Notes under the pieces: generated by a model
The model's input: only the letters and a program-made list of their open reading frames with translations
Told to the model about the DNA's origin: nothing
The model's database searches: none
DNA from: Klebsormidium nitens
Lineage: Eukaryota; Plantae; Klebsormidiophyceae
NCBI GenBank assembly: GCA_000708835.1
Contig: DF237701.1
Span: 1-36,342, forward strand
Direction of reading: 5' to 3'
DNA: 36,342 nt
Shown here: positions 1 through 11,023 of the stretch, piece by piece
How positions within the stretch are numbered: the first letter of the stretch is position 1
Layout: every line of letters begins with the position of its first letter
Program-made: the position numbers and the translations under genes

Positions 1-1094
1 GTTTATTGCTCTGATGCGACAGGCTGGAAACATCGCAAGCGCCGTTTTTCGGTTCGTTGGCGTCCACGCTGCGCAGTATCCCGATGATCAGTTGGTCGAT
101 CGACTGAGCACTCCACAAAGAACGGCGATGTGGGGGGACAAAAATCCTCTCTCGAACTCCCTTCCTTCAACTTTCCTGTCCCTTGCAATCGTGATTTTGA
201 CGGCAGTGAAGCACGAACTGAGAATGTAAAGGCTGAGGATGCTTTGCGAACTGCTGGTTGCTGCTGGGCTCTGGCGTTACTGGTGGCAATGACAGGCAAC
301 TGTCCCTGGCGATGGCAATACTTGCCAAATGATTTACCAAACAGTTTCGACGCCCGGATTGGCGAGTAACTTATAATTTGGAACCAGCCACAAAGCTCCG
401 ACACGTGTTATAGCGGCAATGAGTATCTGCTGTGCCTGCGACGTGCCAAACGCCCTTGATCTTAGAGTGCATTGACGTCGAAGTGAGACGTGCGTTGGAA
501 GCAAGGGAAAATAGTCATAGGAATTTCAGATGTTTTGCCTTTTTGTGTCCAGCTCGTGTCCTTCTTCGGCTGCCGTGACGAAGCGTGCTGCCGTCGTTCT
601 GCTTTAGTAAGCATAAGTGCCCATCGTGACGTAAGTGACGGGTCTGACAAAGACTCCAGTTGGCAATGATGACAATCGTACCACTTGAAAAACCTTGCAA
701 ATGGTAGACTTGCAATGACGCCAACTCTTCCAAGTTGAGGCACGCATAAACACTTTGAAGTACAGCCTTTGAACAGAATCGTTGTGCCACACATCTTACC
801 GGCCGCTAATGCTCCCAGAAACGGTCGATCTGCCTTGCCTTTGACGAGCCCAAGGTCGAGGTGCACGTAATTTGAGCCAGGCATAAGGGCAACCTACAAA
901 TGGAGTATTGCTTAGCACAATCTCTAGTCATGGATGGGTTCCGTTGATCTGTTCAAGTTGAACCCCGTGGCCTTGATGAAAGAAACATGTTCCTGTAAAT
1001 TACGGATGCCACCAGCACCGGTATCGATCCTCGAAGGGAAGCGGCTCACAAAATAAGCGGTCTTAATTATGGTCTATTGAGACTGCTGGAACTT
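1..1094. repeat. Copy A of a ~1.1-kb direct duplication (period 1114 bp)
   Basis: Sequence from position 2 (TTTATTGCTCTGATGCGACAGG) recurs at 1116. The ORF track shows near-identical 133-aa and 79-aa ORFs at offset 1114. The copy may extend left of the window. Confidence 0.95.
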
Positions 1095-1114
1095 NNNNNN
1101 NNNNNNNNNNNNNN
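1095..1114. other. Assembly gap (20 N)
   Basis: Run of 20 N between the two duplicated copies. Confidence 0.99.
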
Positions 1115-2216
1115 CTTTATTGCTCTGATGCGACAGGCTGGAAACATCGCAAGCGCCGTTTTTCGGTTCGTTGGCGTCCGCGCTGCGCAGTATCCCGATG
1201 ATCAGTTGGTCGATCGACTGAGCACTCCACAAAGAACGGCGATGTGGGGGGACAAAAATCCTCTCTCGAACTCCCTTCCTTCAACTTTCCTGTCCCTTGC
1301 AATCGTGATTTTGACGGCAGTGAAGCACGAACTGAGAATGTAAAGGCTGAGGATGCTTTGCGAACTGCTGGTTGCTGCAGGGCTCTGGCGTTACTGGTGG
1401 CAATGACAGGCAACTGTCCCTGGCGATGGCAATACTTGCCAAATGATTTACCAAACAGTTTCGACGCCCGGATTGGCGAGTAACTTATAATTTGGAACCA
1501 GCCACAAAGCTCCGACACGTGTTATAGCGGCAATGAGTATCTGCTGTGCCTGCGACGTGCCAAACGCCCTTGAACTTAGAGTGTATGAACGTCGAAGTAA
1601 GACGTGTGTTGGTGGAAGCAAAGGGAAAATATTCATAAGATTTTCACTTTATTTGTCGGATCTATGTCCAGCGAGTGTTCTCCTTCGACTGCCATGCCGA
1701 AGCGTACTGCCGTCGTTCTGCTTTACTGAGCATAAGTGCCCAACGTCGGGAAGCTTCTTCGTGACGTAAGTGACGGGTCTGACAAAAACTCGAGTTGGCA
1801 ATGATGACAAGCGTACTACTTGTGAAACCTTGCAAATGTAGACTTGCAATGACGCCAACTCTTCCAAGTTGAGGCACGCATAAACACTTTGAAGTACAGC
1901 TTTTGAACAGAATCGTTGTGCCACATATCTTACCGCTAATGCTCTCAGAAACGGTCGATCTGCCTTGCTTTTTGAAGAGCCCAAGGTCGAGGTGCACGTG
2001 ATTTGAGCCAGGCATAAGGGCAACCTACAAATGGAGTATTGCTTAGCACAATCTCTAGTCATGGATGGGTTCCGTTGATCTGTTCAAGTTGAACCCCGTG
2101 GCCTTGATGAAAGAAACATGTTCCTGTAAATTACAGATGCCACCGGCACCGGTATCGATCCTCGAAGGGAAGCGGCTCACAAAATAAGCAGTCTTCATGG
2201 TCGTATTGAGACTGCT
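1115..2216. repeat. Copy B of the ~1.1-kb direct duplication
   Basis: Aligns by eye to 1-1094. Near-identical over the first ~460 bp, diverged with indels in the middle, near-identical again over ~840-1050 of copy A. Ends at TATTGAGACTGCT (~2216). Confidence 0.95.
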
Positions 2217-3429
2217 AAAATTGGCAGCTTGCTGCAACCGCGATCCAGCGAGATGGGTTTTGGGACGCTTTTTTGGAGATGGGCTGTGCGTCGACGCTTT
2301 TCTTGACTTACTTTTTGGGACGCTTTTCTCCAGACTAATACAGGCGCACCCGCTCCTAGTAAATGCATGTCGGAACATGCAGCTATTACTGTTATATCAA
2401 AGGATACCCACTTAATTTGGCGTACATCATCGATTTTTATGTCGAATGACGACATGCTGGATCCGAAAACGAACATGGATTTTTGGGAGTGCCTGTGACG
2501 CGGCTCCTACTGTTTTCGAGAGCTGGCGTCTTGGAATCGGAATACCGTCTCTACGTGCGTCAGATCTCGATGCTGTCGGCCTCAAGAAAATCATTTGAAT
2601 TTAAGCTCTGGCCACCATAAGAATCATGGTAGGCAGGCAAGCGGCTGTTCGCGCAATCCGGCCTATTACGCATTCTGATGCTATTTATAATTAAAGCTTT
2701 AACACGAAGAAGCTGGCACTTCTCTGGCGGTCTCGGTGATTAATTGCAATGCACAACATTGACTTTTCAGGAACTTCCATGAATTTTGCGAGCTTTGCTT
2801 TCTTGCATAAGGACCAATGCCCTTCGTTTCTCTAAGCACCGCCTTTCCTTTCGTTCTGATTTGTTCAAGTTTGAGCGCCCTCGTTTGCACCCGTAAGATG
2901 CGCTTGTCAATATTTGATCATCGCCCAAAGCGTCATGAGTGCCTTCGCTGCGGGGATATGTATGTTTTTCAAAGCTACAAGTATGAGCCGTGATGAGCAC
3001 AGGTCTTGGCCGGATCTAAACCATTAGCGCCAAACGCAGTCGCATCTCGATGCCAGGTAGCGAACAGCAAATGCCGGAGGGGCCCGGAGAAGGTAGGTGA
3101 ACACAGCACACAGTGCACAGAACACAGTGCACTATTGCTCGTCACAGCTGAAAAGTTCTCGGAATTTTTGGGTTGTTCGATAGCGCAAGCTTCTAGCCTC
3201 GAAAGCAACATCTTGACCACTGGTTTAAGGCGCCCGACAAGATTGGTAAGCCTCGCTGCGTCCTGCTCCGTCGACGTTCTCTGGATGGCTATGATTGAAC
3301 GCGGCGTGGTGGCTTGATGGCCATCAAAAGCTTCGTAGGATGCCTCGATGCAGATTTAGCGGGACTTAGGCTAAAAACTCAAAGCCTGCGCCGACGTGAC
3401 GCAGGCAACATCCAGCAGAGCTCGCTTTG

Positions 3430-3530
3430 CTTGAAGTCGCTCGCGGCCGCGCGTCGCCTTTCGCACAGCGCTGCACGCGGCCCGACGGCAGAGGCGGCTG
3501 GCGCGGCCGCGCCGCGGGACTAGCAATAAC
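3430..3530. other. GC/CpG-rich island with GCGGCCGC motifs
   Basis: Dense CG/GCG tract (CGCGGCCGCG at ~3444 and ~3502) in otherwise moderate-GC sequence. Promoter/5'-end-like by inference. Confidence 0.5.
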
Positions 3531-5316
3531 CGTTTAGACAGACTCGAGCAAAGGCGTGAAAACAATCAAGGTGTCATTCATGCAGATTCTATCCGTTAAT
3601 GCAGTAGACTGGCACTGAAAACCTTATGCACGCCGCTTATTCATTGCATGACAAAACTCGCTCTTAAACGCAATCTGGTGGTTTGAAGCCGGGGACTCCC
3701 GTTCTGCACACTGGTATCACCAATGATGGCAAGGAAGACGTCGCGGGTCTTTGGCTGCTGTACTGCAGTCAGGATGGTTCATGTCGACCGTAAACTGAAG
3801 CCGAGCTAGGACTCGGTTGGGCTTACCACTTGGGACCCAACTCGCGACCGGCCGACCATATCACTACTGAATGTAATCGATCAAGTGAATTATTGTCCCT
3901 CGATACAGGATAAAGTTTCCGCTTGGCTGCAACAGATTAGGCAGTCAGAAGATTCCGGATATTTGTCTCGCGGATGAGCCAGCAGCTGTGGTCATTCCGA
4001 TTCTTTCATAGGCTGTCGGAGGCAGAGCAAGTCTGCATTGACCTGCTACATGCTCCATATTACTGATCAGGGTGCACGTGTAACGTTGGGGTCTCCTGAA
4101 ACTTGCTTTCAAGACCAATATTCTTTTCATTTCCAAAATTTTGACACTTTAAGTTGAGGAGAGACGTGGGCAATGTTGGCGATGATTTCAAGAAGCAAGA
4201 CGCCAAGTACCCGCCAGGGAAATATGTCGAAAAGGGCAGAGCGCTTCGCTCAACGTTCGGTGTTGTCTTGGCAGGCCCCATTTGGCAATCTGCCCACTGG
4301 TTGTTCATCGGATCAATTGCAGTAGCTTTTGGCCCGCCTTGCTCGTCTCATATGCATGTCTCGTGGTAATCAATGGTCGCTTCGGTCGAGCCTTTTCATG
4401 TTCGAAATCTGTTTGCAGCTCCTGAAAGGTCTGTCTCGCAATTGGTAAGGGCTAAAGTGATTCAGAACACAGACGTGAATTTGGGGATGCTCCCCAAGCA
4501 ATTGTGTAAGATTAATTGACGTTGTAGCACTTTACGTACGCTAATGTCGGCAAAGACGACCTTGATGCGTGGCGCGGCAACAATGCCACTGGGTCTCGTG
4601 ATATTTCCATCTGAGCCAGGGAAGGACCGACTCAAGCGCAACAACGCAAGTTGTCAGTCAGCAATTGGATCGACTTCCATTCGTTGGGATCTGCTCTCCG
4701 CCCCCATTGGATTGAATACAGCCTGGACGCAAAAAAAACCTAGGCGCTGTCGGCATGGTTCAGAAAGTGCTTCCTGCGTTACGTAGGACTGTGAGCCGTC
4801 AATCTGTTAGAAACAAGAGGGAATGTTTCTTGCACGAGTGGTCCCAAGGTTCGAGATTGCATTGCCAAAAGCCATGGGCCTAACGACTGCGTTTCACAAA
4901 GCTCGAGCCTTTTTGACCACGCAGACGTTTGCAGTACTTCATCTTTGAGATTGGCTGTCTCGACACGTAACAGCATGTATGCTCGCAAATGCATCCGTTT
5001 GCAGAGAAATTTAAGGGAGGGGAGCGTCGAAACAAGAAGTCTGTTTCAGGAAGCTTTGATATTTTCAGGAAACAATCTGCTGCTAGCAACATGGTGTGGG
5101 TTTCGTCACTAGGAACTCATGTCGAGCTTGGCGAGGAGAATAAACTTCTACTGGGCGAGTCCAACGGATGGGGACGTAGAGTCGATTCGTCGAAGCCTGC
5201 TGTCAACCTTTGTGAGGCTCCCTACAACTATTCGTACCTTTTGAAGCTCTTCGCGGCATGCTCAGGCCTCCCGAAACAGGGGTGCTTAGTCTTTGTTTTG
5301 GCCCCCTCACAGAATG

Positions 5317-5575
5317 TATTGCTTTGATTTTGGCAGGCCGCAAACATTGCAAGAGTTTTCTCGTTTCCCACAGATTTTGCGTTGCGCAGTATCCCAACGG
5401 TCTAGTCGGACTTGGGCACTCCATACAGAGCGGCGATGTGGGCGGACAAACTCGTCTGTCCATCCCCTTGCTTCGGCTTTTCTGTTCTTTGTCAAGACGG
5501 CGGTGAAGCACGAAGTAAAACGGAGGATGAATGTAAAAGTTGAGGATGGTATGCAAAGTGCTCTCGGCTGCTGAA
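5317..5575. repeat. Third, older partial copy of the left part of the 1.1-kb unit
   Basis: Collinear blocks shared with positions 2-265: TATTGCT(C/T)TGAT, AAACAT(C/T)GCAAG, GCGCAGTATCCC, CGGCGATGTGGG, GACGGC(A/G)GTGAAGCACGAA, GAATGTAAA..(C/T)TGAGGATG. Confidence 0.85.
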
Positions 5576-5679
5576 GTCTGCCTTTACTGGCGGCAAAGTC
5601 CTGTCCGCACCTCTTTGTCTCTGATTTTGAATTTGATTCTGATTCTGCTTCCCGAACTTGCACGGCGCAGTTTTACCTG

Positions 5680-5830
5680 CTGGAGATTTCAGCGGCGGCG
5701 CCGCCGCGTCCCCTGAGCTGCGCGGCCGCCGCCGCTTCGGATCCCTCGTGGCTGGGCTGCACACATCAGCAGCGCGCGGGCGGCCGCGCATCGCAACGCG
5801 CGCTGTGGCGACGGTCGTCCGAGAGGCGTT
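5680..5830. other. GC/CpG-rich island
   Basis: GGCGGCGGCGCCGCCGCG...GCGCGGCCGCCGCCGC tract just beyond the third repeat copy. Confidence 0.5.
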
Positions 5831-8049
5831 GCAAAGACACAGCGGCAGTCTCAACGCGACAGTCTCAGAGCGGCTGGACTCAATCAACGCGTGGCTGTAT
5901 CAAATGAGGGAGAGCTGTCCGCACGTACGAGAGCGAAGTATAGTTATACACATCTGCGTAGGTGTCAGGTGCCACAGCTCGATACTTTTGTCCGCCCCTT
6001 TTCTCTTCGGTAGCGTTGGAGACACATGTAACTCGGGATTGTTAAACGTGGAAGTTAAACTAAAAGGGAGCGAGCGAGGGGTCCTGATACATATATAAGC
6101 GAAACTAGAGCTGGGCGATCTTCAAAATGAAATGAATGAAAGGCCCGGGCCAGTGGATGGCGGGGTCGAAGGTCGGCGAAGCCGCGGAGCAGAGGTGCGC
6201 GCGCGCTGGCATGTACGCAGTCGAAATTGCCATCTAGAAGCTAGGTGATCCCATTCGGACCCATCTTCCTCGACGTTATCGACCGTACTAAAAAGGCATC
6301 ATTCGGTGCCTTCCCTATCACTCAGGAGTCTGTAGAGTCTCGTTTGAGAAGGCCCTTACGCACTCGGTGGCAAGTGGAAGCCAAGCGGTCAATGCAGATG
6401 TTTGATATGGTTCCCGGCCGTCTTCTCTCTGCACCACTTTCCCGAGTGGCCGTTTCAAGACTCCCGCTGAGTCCTCAGTCCTCCACCTCTTTTCCTTTTT
6501 GCAGGTTCAATTGCAGGAGAGCGTATGGGTTGCCCGCGAGCAGAAATGTGCAGCGGAGAACGGAAATTGCGCGCAAGAACTTGCTCCGAAGCACCATGTA
6601 AGGCTGGGCTAACGGATCATTTGCCTGGCTGACTGAGCGTAGGTTAAGGGACGCTTGTAGAGGCCCAGGTCCAAGTCAACAGAGTAGCGTTCCAACAATG
6701 CTCAAGTGACCGCGGGCCAGGACTTCGAAAATTGGGTTACGCGTTTTGCGATGAATCTTGGAGGTAGCTCAGTGAAGGACGTCTCATAATATATAATCCT
6801 ATCTCATGTCTCTTCGCGTATGCATTCGACCAGTTGTGCAACGTACCAGATGTATTGTCTTGTGCCAAGAAACTATGTGATGACGAAAGATCAGACCAAG
6901 CTGCATCATGGTCGGAAATTGAATCGGAGCTTTATGCATAGTCATGCAGCCGCTAAATTCAATGTGAAGCGCCGTTTTGCACCAACATTGACCACCTTCG
7001 ATGCACGTAATCTGCGAATGACGCCTTTAGCTCTAGATGGTACATCGCAGCATGCGCTCTTGCATTGCGATCCGACGCGATTCCAGCCCTGCATGCATGT
7101 CGTGCGTGAACATGCAAATCCGCCTTGCTGACCAGACAAGATAGTCGAGTGCATGGTGAAAGGCTGCTTGATGTTCTTATATAATGACAGTGGATGGTAC
7201 CAGCTAATGTAAACGTGCATCACGATCTTGCGGCTGCATAACTTAGAAATCGGATATTTTGCAGATCGTTCCAATTTGAACATCGTATCTCATATCATCG
7301 GCCCATGATGATGGGGCTGGTGGCGCTCGTATCCATAACCATAATAATCATTTATCGCGAACGAGCCGAGCAAGTCACCAACCGTTGTTTGAGCCGGCCA
7401 GGCGGACGTCACGATAGTCTTTGGGACTTTGTGAATTTTGAAATCCTATGATTGGCCTCTACAACGAGCGTTCGTGATAAATCTCTTGCTGAACTGCAAC
7501 GTGCACTGATCAGTTTCCGATACCTGAGAAGAAAATGTATCGCCTGATGTAGCCAGCTCTAGCGCCTCATTGAGAAAGGATTACGTTTACGAGCCGCGCA
7601 CTCTTGTTATACAGAAAGACACTCTAAAGACGGAGTGGAAGACGTTTAAATTCAGCATGATTGATGACGCCTACGGTTAGGAGGTTTACAAGCCTATTGG
7701 CCATTTCTGCGAGGAAGAATCATATGCAAATGGCTTTTGAGAAAGCAAAAGAGCGCGAAACCTGTCCGCACCCAGACAGAGCAGAAACATTCTGCAACGC
7801 CTAGAATCTAAACGGAAGCAGCTTCTATGAATCATTTAGAAACCAGCCCTTCGGTGTTGAAATTAATCTGCGGTGACGTTCACCTGATTCAGCCTGATCG
7901 TAAGTTGGACGGTGACCTTCACCTCAATAGGTTCGGAAAGCTGTTGAGCAGGATCTTCAATGATGTCAACGCCTACTCTTATCTATCTTGATTCTCTTGC
8001 CAAATAGCTGGTGATATTGGTCAATACTGGAGAACAATATCCGCAGATA

Positions 8050-9559
8050 TCACGCCGTGGCCTTGCAGTACTTTTTGTGGCTTGGCCAATGCAACTTCTG
8101 GTGCTCCTTGCTGTAGCAGAAAAGCAAAGATCGGTTTGTTATTTCGGAAAAAAGACTTTGCTTACAAAGAAGCAACTCCACAGCTTCCACCGAGACTGAC
8201 GAGAATGCCCCATTGCAGCACGAGGTAAGAGTTGCAAGGCCCCAAGGGATTATTTCGGAGGCTGCCTCAAACCAGTAATAGGACGGAGACTCTAGAAATA
8301 CCTCATTTAATGCGGTGAATCGCAGGTTTCCTCTGGTCGTGACAAAGGACCACTTCAAAATGCCCGGTGTTTTGAATCCATCATGTGTCAGAAGCAGATT
8401 GCGACCCTCTCAATTGCACCTTGGGGCAACAAATGACTCTGTCTAGTCCTTTCATACTCACCTGCAGTAGAACGCGAGCGAACAGTTTGAACACTTGCTG
8501 AAGCGTCTGCCTTCGTCCACCGCCGATCCGAGTTCGCAACAGCTCCCAAGAGCACACAATAGGCGTGTCCACATCTTGCCCGCTTGCCCAGTCTGCTGAG
8601 GACTTTGCAGACTTCAAACCTGCCTTCGACCCTTTCTTGAGCGGCGTACCAGCCTGTCTTTCCGCCCGATCCCCTATTGCTTCCTTGAATGCTTCCAGAT
8701 AGCGTGCTTGCACGCGCCTCGCCTTCAGAGCATCCTGAGAGTCTCTGCTGTACCTGTCAGCATCTGCGATTTCCTTTACTTGTGCTTCCATCCTTGCAAA
8801 CTCCGCAGGGTCCTTCTTAGAACCATCTTTTTCCAGTATCTTTGACAGCCGACTGAACAAGCTTGCATGGATCTGTATGAGCCCTTTATCTAGCGCCCGT
8901 TGCTTGCTGTCCTCAAAGGAGAGGAACGTCACCAGCATTTGGTGTACGTGATGGGTGGCCTTTCGAACGTCATCCACTTCGGCCAGCTCCATGAAGTCGT
9001 CCGTAAGAAGGTGTCCAAGCGCAGGAAAGAAATCATTCAGGTCGAGTAAGCAGCAGCGCATCCGCTTTGAAACCCGAGCAAAATTCACGAAGCCTTTGAC
9101 AATCTGCAGTGCAAAAATACTCAGGAAGTAGCCCTGTTTCACCCCCGTCCTCCGCACATTTTGTGCGTAGAATTGCGCGCAGAAGGTATGAGTGTCCAAA
9201 AGCTTTCGCGCTAGCTCGCGTGCCTTGCCTTCCTCCTTGAGACAGTATCTTGCAATCACTCCGCTCGCGGAGAGCGCTGCGAGAGCAACGCAGGAACACA
9301 TGTAGAGCGTTCGAGTGTCTGCTGTACCTGAGAGAACTGAGGTATCCTTTAGGAGGGCCTGACTAAAGAGCTGCTGTACGACGGCGCCGCGCTTGTAAGC
9401 GAGGATCTCTTGCAAAATCCTAGCATACTTGATCTTTGCAGAGGGGCTGCTATATGACTCCCTTCTAAAAGTACCTGCGATGGAGACCCAGGCTTCAAGT
9501 ACGGTAGGGCCGTCATCAGACATGAGCTTGGATGCGTAGTCCTCAACTTGCTGCTCCAT
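8050..9559 (-). pseudogene. MYND-type zinc-finger protein with helical N-terminal region; frameshifted (pseudogene or sequence error)
   Basis: Exons 9559-8462 and 8110-8050, with donor AG|GTGAGT at 8461 and acceptor TTTTCTGCTACAG| at 8111. In the +1 frame the 3' end reads C..ELGSAVDEGRRFSKCSNCSLAFYCS|KEHQKLHWPSHKKYCKATA*, a canonical MYND C-x2-C...YCSxxHQxxHWxxHKxxC pattern. The long ORF reaches it out of frame. Summed length is 1159 nt = 3n+1. Confidence 0.8.
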
Positions 9560-9687
9560 TTTCTGCAGCCGATTGAAATGCGCAAGCTTTCAGCTCACCA
9601 CACCACACCTGCTTTCCTCCTGCGCCTTATCGATAGTAAACTGTGGGCTTGTTTGCTATGCAGGCTTCAGAGTCTTCAGGGGCTTAC

Positions 9688-9756
9688 CGTTATAAAAGTA
9701 CTGGTATGTCTTAGAGCAAGCTTCAGCACCCTACTTGACGATAATCTTGCATACAT
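9688..9756 (-). CDS. Possible short upstream coding exon of the MYND gene (MYARLSSSRVLKLALRHTSTFIT|KMEQ...)
   Basis: Donor ACG|GTAAG at 9687 and acceptor GCTGCAG| at 9563 give a 125-nt phase-0 intron in frame with the long ORF. ATG at 9756. No homology support. Confidence 0.3.
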
Positions 9757-11023
9757 CGTCAGCTCATTGAGCGCTGGCTGTGCTTCTTCTTCGCGCTCTC
9801 ATATTGGTCGTGCATTCAGGCTCGCTCTCAAGGCCGGCAGGGCTCCTCTGGTGGAAGCGACATGCTTTTCGAGCAGTTCTAACCGGCAACTGCATGCCGG
9901 CATGCATGTCGTGCCATCGCTTTGGGAATTGATCCACATACAATCCAGGCTAGACCATGCCAGGTTTTGCAGAGTCCAAACTCGTGAGGTTACCCTACAT
10001 GGCAATTGCGCGAGTAGTATTGTCGGCGACAGTCACGGCTTTACTTTGGCAAACTGCCTGGACTCGGATGTTCCATTTGAACAATCATTCGTGCGTCCAT
10101 GATGGGTTGTACGTCAATCTGCAACCAGGATTTAAGGATTAATCCAACTCAATGCAGGATTCCAGCCATGCATGTGCGCGGCCGCCTCATTATCGGTGTG
10201 ACCATGCAACCTTGCAGGTCTGAGCGCGTGACGCTCAAGGCGCTATGCCAAGATTTTACATGTGATTCAATTGAATAAGCGAACAACAAAACTCAAATTA
10301 AGCATGTATTTAAATTCAATCGATGCAAGCGCTTGTTCGACAAAGAACCACTAGCATTAGCTAGCTTTAGCTAGAGCTGTGCACATGAAAGCTAGATCCT
10401 TGCCCGTGTAACATGATGTGTAATGTAGCGGCGCTGCAATTATGCAATTGTCCCCATGATTGCAGCGCGCATGCCCAACGCGTGCATGCCCCAACAGTCA
10501 TGCACCAGATTGTATAGATCATGGGGCTTGCCTGCAAAAAGTGCCTTGGCTAGATATCTACAACTAGCTAAATAAGGTCGATCCGATGATCGACCGTCCA
10601 AGTTCGAAGAAGTGCCAGTACGTATAGCTAGGACCCGGACCATATGCCATGCAGTCATGCACTGCAAATGATCCATTCAAGCTGAGCCGCGCACGCCACA
10701 TGACCATTGCAACCGTACACAAGTGTGGTGTCTTGAGCACTTTGAGCTATACGTTCATACGAGTATATCCAGGAATCCATAGTATGCATGCGAGCTGGAG
10801 CTCGGCCGCGCTATCCAATCACAGGTTACCGTACCTTTTGAAGTCAATTACATCAAATCGTTGTTCGTTGATGGTCAGTCCGACTGCCTAGTGGTCGCTA
10901 CCAGTGGCAGATCGACGGTCAAGTTGAACCGAGAAGACGGATTAGATGCTACTAGCTCAACTTGGGGGACTCGATCATGGCCGGCAATCTTCGCCGTGCA
11001 AGATCTCTCTTGTACCGTCAAAG

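Larger units (their letters stand above)
460..2378 (-). pseudogene. Possible decayed leucine-rich (F-box/RNI-like LRR-type) gene fragments within the duplication
   Basis: Minus-strand peptides VHLDLGL..KADRPFL(G/R)ALA and YACLNLEELASLQV are shared by both copies but switch frame between them. LxxLxL-like spacing only; no clear domain recognised. Confidence 0.2.

Noticed and set aside
940-1050. SLRGSIP peptide as a plant receptor-type LRR
   Set aside because: A single short match with no periodic LxxLxLxxNxL repeats around it.
5658-6098. 146-aa plus-strand ORF
   Set aside because: It starts in a GC-rich island where stops are rare, and has no recognisable domain or supported splice structure.
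8381-9559. The 392-aa ORF taken at face value as a complete protein
   Set aside because: Its last ~50 residues run out of frame across the MYND-coding segment and through an intron donor. The recognisable C-terminus is in another frame plus a downstream exon.
9548-10102. 184-aa plus-strand ORF
   Set aside because: No recognisable motif; it is antisense to the 5' region of the MYND gene and most likely a shadow frame.
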